The notes under the pieces are model-generated. The model searched no databases. It saw only the letters and a list, made by a program, of their open reading frames with translations, and was not told where the DNA came from. The position numbers were made by a program, and so were the translations under genes. This document shows positions 18,025 through 28,952 of a stretch of 64,000 nucleotides of DNA, in pieces (within the stretch, counting starts at the first letter, position 1; each line of letters begins with the position of its first letter). This DNA comes from Gemmatimonadales bacterium. GTDB taxonomy: Bacteria; Gemmatimonadota; Gemmatimonadetes; Gemmatimonadales; GWC2-71-9. The stretch lies in NCBI GenBank assembly GCA_046757925.1, contig JBHHZE010000006.1:12489-76488 (forward strand). Reading direction: 5' to 3'.

Positions 18025-18809
18025 CTCTGTGGGAAGGCCTTCTGTTGGGAATTGTGCAGGGGGTGACTGAGTTTCTGCCAATATCGAGTTCTGGTCACCT
18101 CGTAGTAACTGAAGAGTTGTTTGGATTGGCAAGCCCGGGTGTTGTAGTGGAAGTAATGCTTCATGTGGCTACGTTGATGGCGGTGATATTCGTATATCGC
18201 GGCAAACTGTGGATTCTGGTGACTGGTGTACTCACACGAGATAAGGCAGTCTGGCGCTACGTTCTGTTGCTTGTGATAGGTACGATCCCTGCCGGCCTGG
18301 TAGGTATCCTGTTCTCCGACTGGATCGAAGAGCTGTTCGGCTCTTTGATAATGGTTGGCTTGGATTTCCTGATAACGGGCGGTGTCCTATGGAGCACGGG
18401 CCGGATTCCACGGGGTACCAAGGCCCGTGAACCATCCTCACTTGCAGCCGGTGTTATCGGGCTGTCGCAGGCAGCGGCGATCCTACCCGGCATATCCCGC
18501 TCGGGCTCGACCATCGCCTCGGCGATGTGGCTCGGAATAGAACCGGTGGATGCAGCCGAGTATTCTTTTTTGTTATCGATTCCGGTCGTTTTGGGTGCGG
18601 CGATGCTGCAACTTCCCAATCTACCCGCTGATGTGGCCTCCGTGGGTTCTGTGTCACTGGCAGCGGGCTTCCTGGCGTCATTGGTGTCGGGAATTATGGC
18701 CATACGGTTCCTTGTTAAACTGTTGAGACGTGGGAGGTTTCACAGGTTTGCCCCCTACTGCTTCGGGATTGGCACCGCTACCATCCTGTGGGCTCTGTTT
18801 GGGCGATGA
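18021..18809 (+). CDS. uppP: undecaprenyl-diphosphate phosphatase
   Basis: VTEFLPISSSGHL and PGISRSG.TI motifs with 7-8 TM segments. The start is a GTGA overlap. Confidence 0.92.
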   Translation: MTLWEGLLLGIVQGVTEFLPISSSGHLVVTEELFGLASPGVVVEVMLHVATLMAVIFVYRGKLWILVTGVLTRDKAVWRYVLLLVIGTIPAGLVGILFSDWIEELFGSLIMVGLDFLITGGVLWSTGRIPRGTKAREPSSLAAGVIGLSQAAAILPGISRSGSTIASAMWLGIEPVDAAEYSFLLSIPVVLGAAMLQLPNLPADVASVGSVSLAAGFLASLVSGIMAIRFLVKLLRRGRFHRFAPYCFGIGTATILWALFGR

Positions 18810-19546
18810 TCTACGACGGTTTGAGCCCCACTGAGCTCGCGAAGCGAATTCAGGCTCCAAATTGCGTCAGCCTGGCGAAGGTCACCAGCACGCTGGACAT
18901 AATTCATGAACTGGCGTTCGAGGGCGCGCCGAGAGGAACAGTTGTTATTGCGGATGAACAGGTGGCGGGGAGGGGGAGGTTGGGCCGCAATTGGAGGAGT
19001 CCGCCCAAGATTGGAATCTGGTTGGGTTACCTCGTAAGGCCGCGGGCACGGATCGGCAGCGGAGTGCTGTCGATAAGAGTTGGTTTGACATTGGTGCAAG
19101 TTCTCAAGGATCTCAATGCAGAGGTATTTCTCAAGTGGCCCAATGACCTCATGGTTCGTGACCGCAAGATCGCTGGGGTGTTGTGCGAGGCGCGCTGGTT
19201 GCGTGACGGGTTGCAGTGGGTAGGTGTCGGAATAGGGATCAACGTTTATAGTGGTTTACCTACCGAGATATCCCATCGGGCGGCTGCCTTGGATCGGGTG
19301 TTGCCGGGCATCACGAGGATCGATGTGCTCGGGCGCCTCGTGCCAGGCCTTCACACGATGTCGGAAGCTGAACTGCTCACGACCGAAGAACTGGAGGCCT
19401 TTGAGCAGTCAGATTGGTTGCGTGACAGGGCTATCAAAGCTCCGGTAACCGGAATTGCGCGGGGAATAGATAGGTCAGGCGGTCTGAGAGTGGAAACCAG
19501 ATCGGGAATTGAGCAAATATTTGGAGGAAGCGTTGTCGCAGCTTGA
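18806..19546 (+). CDS. birA: biotin--[acetyl-CoA-carboxylase] ligase, no N-terminal HTH (class I)
   Basis: GRGRLGRNWRSP and KWPNDL motifs. At ~246 aa it is too short to carry a repressor domain. The start is an ATGA overlap. Confidence 0.9.
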   Translation: MIYDGLSPTELAKRIQAPNCVSLAKVTSTLDIIHELAFEGAPRGTVVIADEQVAGRGRLGRNWRSPPKIGIWLGYLVRPRARIGSGVLSIRVGLTLVQVLKDLNAEVFLKWPNDLMVRDRKIAGVLCEARWLRDGLQWVGVGIGINVYSGLPTEISHRAAALDRVLPGITRIDVLGRLVPGLHTMSEAELLTTEELEAFEQSDWLRDRAIKAPVTGIARGIDRSGGLRVETRSGIEQIFGGSVVAA

Positions 19547-20555
19547 GATTCCGTGGTGGGCACGCGGATCGGCGACAGCTTTCTTGCTGCTTGCGTCGTG
19601 GTGGTTGCTCAACAACGATTCGCTCCATGGGATCGTCGGCGATTCGATAGCTACGCTCGGCTTGGGAGTGGTGACGATGTTTATCATTCTGGGCATGCAC
19701 CTTCCATTGGGGCTCTGGCCGAGTGACGGCCCGTGGAGAGATAACTTTTCTATACCTGCAGTGTTGATCGTCGCTGCTGCATTCTCGATAACCATTCTCG
19801 CATCCGCAGGCGGGTCCGACGTCCTCATCTCTCAAGTGGATCTGGGAAGAGGTATTCTGGTTGTCGGTGGAGTGGTAGGCTGGGGTTTTGCGGTGGCGTT
19901 CGTGCACCAGCGTCCGTTTGTGCGATGGTACACCGCGGCGACGGCCCTGGCCTTGTTGCCTCTAATAGTCAGTCTGCTCTTAGACACTGCAATTGGAGAT
20001 CCCGGGTCGGCGCACGTGTGCTTGCTTACAACCGGTGGCGCCGCTGTGACCGGGGCCGAGTCAGCCGGGTGTGCGGCCGCAGCGGTCCCTTCGCTGATCT
20101 TTCTGTCGGCGATAACCATAGCGTCCAAGTTGGTTGCGGAAGAGATCGCATTTCGGAGACTGCTGGTTGGCGAGCCGCATGGCGCAGGCTTGTTACCCGT
20201 GCTGATTGGGACTGTTGGGGCTACGGCCTGGTACGGTCTCTTAGTATCGTCAGGTATCGGCGATAGTGGGTTGGTGTTGCTAGGATTTGTCGGGGCACTG
20301 ACTGCGTCATGTCTCTATGTACTCTCGCGCTCGCTACTGGTATCGGCATTGTATAGTGGCGTGTTGTCAGCAGGGGTATTGACTTCGCAACTGGCGCGAC
20401 AGCTGACCGACACCCAGACTCTTCCCCGCGCCCCGGGGCCAGGGATGTGGGTAACCACACTCGTGACAGGAATTGTTATGTCTGTGCTTGTGCTGCGACG
20501 CAACGGTCTGGTCAGGAGTCCTTTCGCAGAGGAACCGGATGCTTCTAGTAGTTGA
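19509..20555 (+). CDS. polytopic membrane protein with one CPBP-like EExxxR motif (assignment weak)
   Basis: 348 aa and very hydrophobic throughout. VAEEIAFRRLL resembles CPBP (CAAX protease) motif 1, but I could not see the His motifs. The start is uncertain (TTG 19509 or downstream). Confidence 0.6.
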   Translation: MSKYLEEALSQLEIPWWARGSATAFLLLASWWLLNNDSLHGIVGDSIATLGLGVVTMFIILGMHLPLGLWPSDGPWRDNFSIPAVLIVAAAFSITILASAGGSDVLISQVDLGRGILVVGGVVGWGFAVAFVHQRPFVRWYTAATALALLPLIVSLLLDTAIGDPGSAHVCLLTTGGAAVTGAESAGCAAAAVPSLIFLSAITIASKLVAEEIAFRRLLVGEPHGAGLLPVLIGTVGATAWYGLLVSSGIGDSGLVLLGFVGALTASCLYVLSRSLLVSALYSGVLSAGVLTSQLARQLTDTQTLPRAPGPGMWVTTLVTGIVMSVLVLRRNGLVRSPFAEEPDASSS

Positions 20556-21318
20556 TGTCGGTAATACCGAAATCACCGTTGGGGTCTTCGATCGAGAGCG
20601 TTTGATCGGGAGCTGGAGACTTACGTCGGCAACGAGCCGTACCTCGGACGAGTGGGCGGCGGTTTTCACATCGTACCTCGGCCATGCAGGCCACTCTACG
20701 GAGGAGATTCGGGCGGCGGTCGTGGCATCGGTGGCACCCGGAGTTACTGAGCTGGTTACGGGAGGTATCGAACTGGCGACGGGCATAAGACCGGTTTCGG
20801 TCGGTCCGAAATCTGAGCTCGGTGTGATTTTGGACGTGGACGACCCGATGCAGGTCGGTGCCGATAGGATTATGAATACCTTGGCAGCCGCAGAACTCTA
20901 CGCACGAGATACGATCGTGGTTGACTTTGGTACTGCGACCACATTCGATTGCATTACGGCGAATGGTCATTTTTTGGGCGGCGTGATTGCGCCAGGATTG
21001 CAAGTCGCCGCCGACAACCTGACGGAGAGGGCTGCCAAGCTTCCGGCCACAGATCTAGCTCCGCCGCAGCGGGTCATTGGCCGTTGTACCGAAGAGTGTC
21101 TACGTGCCGGCATACTCTTTGGTTCGGCAGACGCGGTTGACGGTACCGTTCGAAGGATCAAGGCCGAGTGGCCGGATGGCGGTGAGCCTTACGTTGTTGC
21201 GACAGGAGGACTGGCTTCAAAGATCGTAGCACTGGCTGCCGAAATAGATGTCACAGAGCCACACCTCACTTTGCTCGGTCTAAGAATCGCGGCCCGGCGA
21301 CTGGGTCTCGGCTGGTAG
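20539..21318 (+). CDS. coaX: type III pantothenate kinase
   Basis: [28 protein letters not shown] and GG.IAPG motifs, with AGAGGA 5 nt upstream of ATG 20539. Confidence 0.9.
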   Translation: MLLVVDVGNTEITVGVFDRERLIGSWRLTSATSRTSDEWAAVFTSYLGHAGHSTEEIRAAVVASVAPGVTELVTGGIELATGIRPVSVGPKSELGVILDVDDPMQVGADRIMNTLAAAELYARDTIVVDFGTATTFDCITANGHFLGGVIAPGLQVAADNLTERAAKLPATDLAPPQRVIGRCTEECLRAGILFGSADAVDGTVRRIKAEWPDGGEPYVVATGGLASKIVALAAEIDVTEPHLTLLGLRIAARRLGLGW

Positions 21319-21343
21319 AATCACCCGTCTCCCGCGATCTCTG

Positions 21344-23455
21344 ATGACTCCAAGCTTCGAAGCACCCGAATACACGAATCGTCTGATTAATGAGACGAGT
21401 CCATATCTCCTTCAGCATGCGCACAATCCGGTCGACTGGTATCCATGGTGTCCCGAGGCACTGGAGCGTGCCCGCAATGAGGATCGGTTGATCTTGTTAT
21501 CGATAGGCTATTCGGCGTGCCATTGGTGTCACGTAATGGAGCGAGAGTCATTCGAAAACGAGAGAATCGCCGCCTTAATGAATGAGCTTTACGTGAACAT
21601 CAAGGTGGATCGTGAAGAGCGGCCCGACCTCGATGAGATCTATATGGCGGCGACCCTTGCGATGAATCAGGGACAGGGCGGGTGGCCAATGACGGTCTTC
21701 CTGTCCCCTGAACTGAAGCCGGTCTTTGCTGGGACTTATTTCCCTCCGGAGAGGCGGTTTGGGAGGCCGGGGTTCCCTGACATCTTGGTTGAGATCGATA
21801 AGGCGTGGCGGAACGACAGGGACAACTTGCGAAGACTCGCGACTCGTGTGGTGGAGTACGTGAAGCGTGAGAGAGCAAGTGTAGGGTCACCTGCGGTCGT
21901 GGGGACAGCGGAGTTAGAGCTGGCGCTCGACCAGTACTACGATGCCTTCGACGCCTCGTTTGGTGGATTCGGGTCCGCCCCAAAGTTTCCTCCGGCCACG
22001 GCCCTTTCCCTGTTATTGCGCCTCCATGAGCGGTTCGAAGATAGTCGGGCCTTGGATATGGTGCGCAAGACCCTCGATGACATGGCGAAGGGGGGTATGT
22101 ACGACCACATCGGAGGTGGGTTTGCGCGCTACTCCACGGACCGGCGTTGGCTGGTCCCCCATTTCGAAAAGATGCTGTACGACAACGCCCTGTTGGCAAT
22201 GGCATATCTCGAAGCTTACCAGGTGACCGGTGACACGTTCTATCGAGACATTACCACTGAGATACTGGACTACGCGCTACGTGACATGCGTTCTCCGGAA
22301 GGCGTGTTTTATTCGTCGACTGATGCGGACTCAGAAGGTGAGGAAGGGAAATTCTTCGTATGGACACCGGTCGAGATAGCGGAAGTATTAGACGAAAGCT
22401 CGGCGCGGGCTTTTTGCTCGTACTATGACATCACACCACACGGTAATTGGGAAGGTAGAAGTATTCCCAACACTCCTCACACCCTCGAGCTTGTCGCCTC
22501 ACAACTAGGCCTAACAGCTGATGCCCTTCGAGACACCCTGCTGGAGTCTCGAAACAAGGTATTCAAACACCGCCTCGGGCGGGTCGCTCCTGCGTTAGAC
22601 GACAAGGTGCTGACTTCGTGGAACGGGATGATGGTCAATTCGCTGGCCGCTGCGTATCGTGTCCTCGGCGAGGAGCGATATCTGCTTGGTGCTAGAGGCG
22701 CAGCTGACTTCCTGCTGGCCGAGCTCAGGACCCCCGAGGGGAAGTTGCTCCGATCGTATCGAGCCGGAAAGGCCCATATCAATGCATATCTGGAAGACTA
22801 TGCATACCTCGGGGAGTCGCTGATCGAACTCTACGAAGCAAGCGGAGATTCCACATATCTTGAGGAAGCGCTAGGACTTTTTGAGATCGTTTTGGCTGAG
22901 TTCCGCGATCCGGAATCACCAACTTTCTTCCACACGCCGGAAGGGCACGAGCATTCGATCGTGCGTTATCGGGAATGCGCCGACGGCGCAATCCCTTCCG
23001 CCAATGCAACGACGGCTTGTTGCCTTGCCCGACTATCCTATCACTTGGAGCGCTCGGATTTGCGGGAGGTGGCGGCTGATATGATCAAGGCCTTCGGCGG
23101 CTCAATCCGCCAATTCCCACGAGCATTTGCGAAGAGTCTGTTGGCCCTGGACTTTCTGCTGGACGGGCCAATCGAACTCGTCATCGTTGGCGAGGAGGGA
23201 TCCACAGACCTGAAGGCGTTGCGTGCTGAAATCGCAACAAAGTTCGTTCCACAGCGGATCGAGGCGCTTGCAATTGTAGGCAAGGTATCGAGCGAACTTC
23301 CACTGTTGCGAGATAAGTCCCCGGTAGGCGGAAAGGCGACACTCTATATATGTCATGATGGTACCTGTAGAGCCCCCCTCAGCGATCGCGCTCTGGTGGG
23401 CGATGCCATTGATAAGGTATGCAAGAGCCGGCGGAGGGATAGGCGTGCGACCTAG
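21344..23455 (+). CDS. thioredoxin-domain protein, DUF255/YyaL family
   Basis: [35 protein letters not shown] and a C-terminal six-hairpin glycosidase-like region; 703 aa. Confidence 0.9.
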   Translation: MTPSFEAPEYTNRLINETSPYLLQHAHNPVDWYPWCPEALERARNEDRLILLSIGYSACHWCHVMERESFENERIAALMNELYVNIKVDREERPDLDEIYMAATLAMNQGQGGWPMTVFLSPELKPVFAGTYFPPERRFGRPGFPDILVEIDKAWRNDRDNLRRLATRVVEYVKRERASVGSPAVVGTAELELALDQYYDAFDASFGGFGSAPKFPPATALSLLLRLHERFEDSRALDMVRKTLDDMAKGGMYDHIGGGFARYSTDRRWLVPHFEKMLYDNALLAMAYLEAYQVTGDTFYRDITTEILDYALRDMRSPEGVFYSSTDADSEGEEGKFFVWTPVEIAEVLDESSARAFCSYYDITPHGNWEGRSIPNTPHTLELVASQLGLTADALRDTLLESRNKVFKHRLGRVAPALDDKVLTSWNGMMVNSLAAAYRVLGEERYLLGARGAADFLLAELRTPEGKLLRSYRAGKAHINAYLEDYAYLGESLIELYEASGDSTYLEEALGLFEIVLAEFRDPESPTFFHTPEGHEHSIVRYRECADGAIPSANATTACCLARLSYHLERSDLREVAADMIKAFGGSIRQFPRAFAKSLLALDFLLDGPIELVIVGEEGSTDLKALRAEIATKFVPQRIEALAIVGKVSSELPLLRDKSPVGGKATLYICHDGTCRAPLSDRALVGDAIDKVCKSRRRDRRAT

Positions 23456-24038
23456 CGTGTATGTGAGTGCACTTCTCGTGTTTCAGGCATGCGCGTCGGG
23501 AGATGCACAGATTGTACCGGTTATGGGCGATGTGACAGTTGCTGCCGAGGAAACGGTTTACCGCATCGCCGGTAGGAGCGAGGATCAGTTATTGGATCAA
23601 ATGATGATGCTGGGGCCAACTGTCTCGGGACAGCGGTTTTTCGCATATACGAGTTGGCGCGTGCGGCTAAGCGCGGAGCGCGATACTGCAACCGCAGAGT
23701 GCGAGATAATAAGGTGGCACGTTTTCCTCGATGTTACTACGACACTTCCGGAATGGCAGCCTTCCTCAGACGTGGCGTCGTCGCTTAGCGAGATGTGGGA
23801 TTCATTCTTGAATTCGCTACGGGATCATGAGGAAGGTCACAAGAGGTTGGCTGTGGACGGTGCGAAGAAAGTACTACGAGTGTTGCAGCAAATGTCCAGG
23901 AAACCGTGCGATGAGGCGGAAGCGGCTGCCCGCAGAGCTACGGCGAGCATCTTCGGTCGGGCGAGAGCGAGGAGCTCGGGCTACGATCGCGCTACGGAAC
24001 ATGGCGCCTCGATGGGAGCGATCTGGCCTTGGAGGTGA
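23445..24038 (+). CDS. DUF922-like predicted secreted Zn-protease-like protein
   Basis: Signal/lipobox-like [11 protein letters not shown] and HEEGH (HExxH) near the C-terminal third. The start is uncertain: GTG 23445 or 23457, and the ORF is open from 23355. Confidence 0.65.
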   Translation: MRPSVYVSALLVFQACASGDAQIVPVMGDVTVAAEETVYRIAGRSEDQLLDQMMMLGPTVSGQRFFAYTSWRVRLSAERDTATAECEIIRWHVFLDVTTTLPEWQPSSDVASSLSEMWDSFLNSLRDHEEGHKRLAVDGAKKVLRVLQQMSRKPCDEAEAAARRATASIFGRARARSSGYDRATEHGASMGAIWPWR

Positions 24039-24108
24039 GCGACCCTCACAGCGAATCGGCATATGTCCAAGATCGTCTAACTGTTCGGAACAATGCGAGG
24101 AGCGTTAC

Positions 24109-27100
24109 ATGAGGTCATGGGTTCTAAGAAGCACACTAGTTGTTGCAGCCGGCGTCGCGATGGCAGCGATGGGGTGCCGCAGCGATGCAGGAGATAGTGC
24201 GAGCAGAGCTACCGAGATAATAACCCTCCGCACGCTGGGGCTTGCGTACCTCGAGGAGAACAGACTCGAAGAAGCGGAGCAGCAGTTCGGCCGTCTCATC
24301 GAGTTGGCACCCAAAGAACCACTGGGATACGCGAATCTAGGACTTGTGGACCTGAGATTGGGCAAGTATGAGGACGCAGAGAAGGCACTTGTCGAGGCGC
24401 GGAAGTTGGCACCGGACGATGCCGATATCCGTCTCCTCATGGCCAAGGTATATGATCTGACCGACCGAACGAATGCCGCCGTGCGCGAACTAGATCAGGC
24501 TGTTGCGTCAGACTCCAGTAACGTCAAGGTCATGTACGCGCTGGCCGATCTGTTGCAGCGTTCAGGCGGTGATGGGATGCGGAGGAGTGTGGAGTACCTA
24601 TCGCGAACAGTAGAGCTTGCTCCGGCCAACATCGCTGCACGCCTTCAGCTCATCGAGGGTCTCGTACGGAACCAGGAAATGGACGCCGCAATTGCCCAGA
24701 TGGAAGAGGTCAGGCGACAGGTGCCTGAACTTCCCAAAGAAGCCGTTGACTTCTTCGAGCGGAGTCTGGCGGCGCTTCGGGAGGGCCGTTCGCCGGAGGC
24801 GCTACAGGCGACTGTCGTAGTACACAATTTCTTGAAGGTGACTCCGATCTATCAGGCTGGCCTGCGTGATCTAAAGGGTCCCGGTGGCGCTGATGTCGGC
24901 TTCCCGATCATCACCTTCAGTCGCAACGTGTCAGCTGGAGTCGGAGATCGCTCTGCCGTTCTCGCTGCACTGCGGTTCACGGATGCCTCGGCTGTGGCCG
25001 GTCTCGCCGTGGTACCGGCAGGTGACACGAGCCGACCTGCGACCAATGTTAGAGGCGGACAGCTCTCGGTAGCTGACTACGACGGGGACGGAGACCAAGA
25101 TCTTTTCGTCTCCAATTGGAAGCCGGATGGGTCGGAGAGCGTAGCCTACCTGTTCCGCAACGACCTCGGCAAGTTCGTGGATGTTACCTCCGAGGCAGGC
25201 ATCGATGCAACCGGGACCGTTACGGGGTCAGCCTTCGGGGATTACGACAACGACGGACTGCTGGATTTGTTGGTGATCCAGCAGGGTCCCAACGTCCTTT
25301 ACCACAACGCCGGGAACGGGCGGTTTGAAAATGTGTCGCGGTCTGCGGGTGTCGGTGGTGCTGCCACGAGCCACCGCGCTCTCTTCGCCGATTTGGACCA
25401 GGAAGGCGATCTGGATGTCTTTGTCGGAGGCCGCGGTCCGAACGAAGTCTATAGAAATAATCTCGACGGTACGTTTGTCGATCAAGCGCAGAGGATGGGA
25501 CTTGCAGGCAGTAATCGAATTGCCAGAGATGCAGTTATGGGCGACTTCGATGAAGACGGGGACCTCGATTTGTTCGTCACCAATCAGTCGGGTGGGAACT
25601 CGCTGTTTTCCAACCAAAGGCAGGGACGGTTTCGAGACGTAACGTCCGAGAGCGGACTGGGTGCGGTGGATGGTGGCGGTGCAGCAGCGGCAGGTGATTA
25701 CAACAATGACGGATTTCTTGATCTGTTCGTCACCTCTCTCACGGGTGACTCATATCACCTCTATCGCAATAACCGTGACGGAACTTTCTCCGAGGACGAA
25801 AGGTCAAGCAGATCGTTCCGGGCGCTTACGAGAATGCGAGGACTGGATGCCGAATTCGTGGATTTCGATAACGACGGGTTTCTGGATTTGGTGGTAGTAG
25901 GGGAACCGATTGAATCTGGTGCAAAAGGTGTGTTTCTCCTCCATAACGATGGCTCAGGTAAGTACGAAGACCGCTCGTCGCTCCTACCCGGTCATCTCCA
26001 GTCAGGGCGCATGATCGCAATAGCTGACTACAACGAAGACGGGGACATGGACCTGTTCATAGTGGGGCTGGATGGCAGGCCGCGGTTGATCAGGAACGAT
26101 GGAGGCGACGCGAATCACTACATCAAGCTACAGTTGGTTGGCTTGAGAACCGGGAACGGGAAGAACAACCATTTTGGCATTGGTGCAAAGCTCGAGGTTC
26201 GGGCTGGAGACCTCTATCAAATGAGAGTGGTAACCGAGCCCACAACTCACCTAGGATTGGGCGAACACCTCAAGGCAGATGTCGTGCGTATTGTCTGGAC
26301 CAACGGCGTGCCGCAGAATCTGTTTTTCCCTGGTAGTGACCAGGACTTGGTCGAACAACAGACCCTCAAAGGTTCGTGCGGATTCCTCTACGTATGGGAT
26401 GGCGTGAAGTATGATTTTGTGACCGATGTGCTCTGGCAGAGTGCGCTCGGCATGCCGCTTGGCATTATGGGAGGGGCGACCGCCTACGCACCATCAGGAG
26501 CAGCCCACGAGTACATAAAGATTCCAAGCGGACTGCTGAAACAGAAAAGTGGCATATACTCCCTGCGGCTCACGGAGGAGCTATGGGAAGCGGCATATGT
26601 CGATAAAGTCAATCTAGTCGTCCTGGATCACCCGGACTCGGTGGATCTGTTCGTCGACGAGCGGTTCGTCCCTCCTCCGGCTTCAGAATTGCGGCTGTAC
26701 CAGGTAGGTCGTAGGTATTCTCCGCAGGCCGCCTTCGACGATAGATCGAACGACTTGCTGGCTACCGTGCGGGCCAAGGATGATCGCTACGTGGCGAACT
26801 TGATTCCGGGTCCGTATCAAGGGATCACGAGAATGCACGACCTTGTGCTGGACCTCGGAAGTCCGGCGAGTTCGGGCGATGTGGTGCTGTATCTGAATGG
26901 CTGGGTATTTCCAACCGATGCCAGCATCAACGTTTCGATGTCGCAGGCCAAGCTCAAGGTTGTTCCACCGTACTTGCAGGTGATCAACTCGGAGGGCGAC
27001 TGGCAGACCGTCATACCCGACATGAGCTTTCCGAGCGGCAAGAATAAGATGGTGGTCGTAGATCTGAGAGGTAGGTTCCTGACCGGTGATCGGCGAGTCC

Positions 27101-27651
27101 GTATAAGAACCAACATGGAAGTGTATTGGGACTATATCTTCTTTACAATTGGAATCCCGAACGCCGAACTCAGACGCACCACACTTTCGGCGAGTTCGGC
27201 TGCTATCCGCTACAGAGGATTTTCTCGGCTGTTTCGTAAGGGGGGTCGCTACGGGCCCCATTGGTTTGATTACGATGACGTTACCAGGGCCCAACAGTGG
27301 CGTGACTTAGAAGGTAACTACACACGCTATGGTGATGTTCTTCCTCTCATGGTCGAGGAAGATGACAAGTACGCGATCGTGAACTCGGGCGATGAGATTC
27401 TGTTTGAGTTCGACGCGGAAGATGCTCCTGCGCTCGAGACGGGTTGGACCCGGGATTTTCTGGTATACAGCGTGGGCTGGATAAAAGACGGAGATCTCAA
27501 CACGGCCGAGGGTCGGACGGTGGAGCCGCTTCCATTCCATGGCATGTCGACCTATCCATACCGATTGGATGAAGCCTATCCCAGAGATCGAGAGCACCTC
27601 GATTACCTCGAGAAGTACAACACTCGCAAGGTCGGTCCGAGAAAGTTCTAG
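24109..27651 (+). CDS. TPR + FG-GAP/VCBS repeat + ASPIC/UnbV protein (CRTAC1-like), secreted or lipoprotein
   Basis: ATG 24109 is preceded by GAGGAG, and the signal peptide ends AAMGC. TPR repeats come first, then at least six D.DGD.D.(F/L)V repeats (FG-GAP/VCBS type), then GIGAKLEV...HLGLG (UnbV/ASPIC). About 430 aa at the C-terminus are unassigned. Confidence 0.85.
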   Translation: MRSWVLRSTLVVAAGVAMAAMGCRSDAGDSASRATEIITLRTLGLAYLEENRLEEAEQQFGRLIELAPKEPLGYANLGLVDLRLGKYEDAEKALVEARKLAPDDADIRLLMAKVYDLTDRTNAAVRELDQAVASDSSNVKVMYALADLLQRSGGDGMRRSVEYLSRTVELAPANIAARLQLIEGLVRNQEMDAAIAQMEEVRRQVPELPKEAVDFFERSLAALREGRSPEALQATVVVHNFLKVTPIYQAGLRDLKGPGGADVGFPIITFSRNVSAGVGDRSAVLAALRFTDASAVAGLAVVPAGDTSRPATNVRGGQLSVADYDGDGDQDLFVSNWKPDGSESVAYLFRNDLGKFVDVTSEAGIDATGTVTGSAFGDYDNDGLLDLLVIQQGPNVLYHNAGNGRFENVSRSAGVGGAATSHRALFADLDQEGDLDVFVGGRGPNEVYRNNLDGTFVDQAQRMGLAGSNRIARDAVMGDFDEDGDLDLFVTNQSGGNSLFSNQRQGRFRDVTSESGLGAVDGGGAAAAGDYNNDGFLDLFVTSLTGDSYHLYRNNRDGTFSEDERSSRSFRALTRMRGLDAEFVDFDNDGFLDLVVVGEPIESGAKGVFLLHNDGSGKYEDRSSLLPGHLQSGRMIAIADYNEDGDMDLFIVGLDGRPRLIRNDGGDANHYIKLQLVGLRTGNGKNNHFGIGAKLEVRAGDLYQMRVVTEPTTHLGLGEHLKADVVRIVWTNGVPQNLFFPGSDQDLVEQQTLKGSCGFLYVWDGVKYDFVTDVLWQSALGMPLGIMGGATAYAPSGAAHEYIKIPSGLLKQKSGIYSLRLTEELWEAAYVDKVNLVVLDHPDSVDLFVDERFVPPPASELRLYQVGRRYSPQAAFDDRSNDLLATVRAKDDRYVANLIPGPYQGITRMHDLVLDLGSPASSGDVVLYLNGWVFPTDASINVSMSQAKLKVVPPYLQVINSEGDWQTVIPDMSFPSGKNKMVVVDLRGRFLTGDRRVRIRTNMEVYWDYIFFTIGIPNAELRRTTLSASSAAIRYRGFSRLFRKGGRYGPHWFDYDDVTRAQQWRDLEGNYTRYGDVLPLMVEEDDKYAIVNSGDEILFEFDAEDAPALETGWTRDFLVYSVGWIKDGDLNTAEGRTVEPLPFHGMSTYPYRLDEAYPRDREHLDYLEKYNTRKVGPRKF

Positions 27652-27657
27652 GGTGGC

Positions 27658-28407
27658 ATGGAGATTCTCACAGGCACGAGTGGATACTCGTACAAGGAGT
27701 GGAAGGGCAACTTCTATCCGCCTTCGATCAAACCCGGCGATATGTTGGCCTACTACGCCGAGCGTTTGAAGTGCGTGGAAATCAATAACACGTTCTATCG
27801 CATGCCGACAGAGAAAACGGTGTCGGAATGGGCCGGCCAAGTACCCGATGACTTCGTCTTCGTGATCAAGGCGTCGCGTCGCATAACCCACAACAAACGG
27901 TTGCATAACGTAGAGAGCGAAATATCGTTTCTGCTCGGACAGCTGTCGGTATTGGGACAGAAACTCGGCGCACTCCTCTTTCAGCTGCCACCGAATCTCA
28001 AGAGAGACCTGGATCGATTGAAAGAGTTCTTGGGCGTGTTACCGGACACCGTACCGGCGGCGATCGAATTCAGAAATAGTAGCTGGTTCGAAGACGAAGT
28101 GTACGAACTTTTGCGGGGGCGCAATATCGCGTTGGTCAAGTCGGATACCACAGAGGCGAGCGGTAGCACGTTGATCGATACGGGAGATATCGGCTATCTC
28201 CGGTTGCGGAGGGAGGAGTACAGTGATGTCGACCTTCGGAACTGGGCTCGACGCATTGGAGACCAGGAATGGAGCAGGACTTTCGTGTTTTTCAAGCACG
28301 AAGACGGTGGTGCTGGGCCCAGACTAGCCGCGAGGTTGAGCGTGCTAGCCCAAGAGGTCCGAAGTAAACCCGGGAATCCTACCGTACCGCTGGAGCTGGA
28401 CTCATGA
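27658..28407 (+). CDS. DUF72 family protein
   Basis: GTSGYSYKEWKGNFYP..., NNTFYR.P and FQLPP match DUF72 signatures. Confidence 0.85.
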   Translation: MEILTGTSGYSYKEWKGNFYPPSIKPGDMLAYYAERLKCVEINNTFYRMPTEKTVSEWAGQVPDDFVFVIKASRRITHNKRLHNVESEISFLLGQLSVLGQKLGALLFQLPPNLKRDLDRLKEFLGVLPDTVPAAIEFRNSSWFEDEVYELLRGRNIALVKSDTTEASGSTLIDTGDIGYLRLRREEYSDVDLRNWARRIGDQEWSRTFVFFKHEDGGAGPRLAARLSVLAQEVRSKPGNPTVPLELDS

Positions 28408-28928
28408 AACAACTGCTGACGTCGTCCATCCTATTGGTGCTGGTCGTAAGCCCGCTTCGAGCGCAGGATTCCGAAGATGACGTGATGCGGCCGGTTAGAG
28501 TGCTGTTCGATGCCATGAGGCGCGGTGATAGCGCTGCGGTAAGAGCGGTATTTCACGAGGAGGGTAGGCTGACGCGAGCACCAGGTCATGACGAGGAACT
28601 CATCGTCAACGAGGCCGCGTTAGAGCGCTTCATCGCTGCCATCGGGACGCCACACGATAGCATATGGGATGAGCGGATATGGGATTGGCAGGTCGAGATC
28701 GACGGCAATATGGCTCAGGTGTGGATCAAGTATGCATTCTACCTTGGTGGCAGGTTCAGCCACTGTGGGGTGGATGCACTGCAGTTGGTGAAGTCAGGCG
28801 GTCGTTGGGTGATACTGAACCTCATGGACACGATGCGACGCGGTGACGCTTGCAGTGCTGCGCCTCGGCCGCGGGATGGATCGTTGAACTCAGCGGGCCT
28901 CCCCGATAACTTGGTACTGGATTCTTAA
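28404..28928 (+). CDS. secreted NTF2/SnoaL-like fold protein
   Basis: Signal peptide LLVLVVSPLRAQ. The pattern V..LFDAMRRGD......F...G......W..EIDGNMA.VW..Y.F......HCGVD.L.L.K..G.W.I resembles NTF2-like or lumazine-binding-like proteins. The start is an ATGA overlap. Confidence 0.65.
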   Translation: MKQLLTSSILLVLVVSPLRAQDSEDDVMRPVRVLFDAMRRGDSAAVRAVFHEEGRLTRAPGHDEELIVNEAALERFIAAIGTPHDSIWDERIWDWQVEIDGNMAQVWIKYAFYLGGRFSHCGVDALQLVKSGGRWVILNLMDTMRRGDACSAAPRPRDGSLNSAGLPDNLVLDS

Positions 28929-28952
28929 CTCTTGCGATTGGAGATGGGCTGA

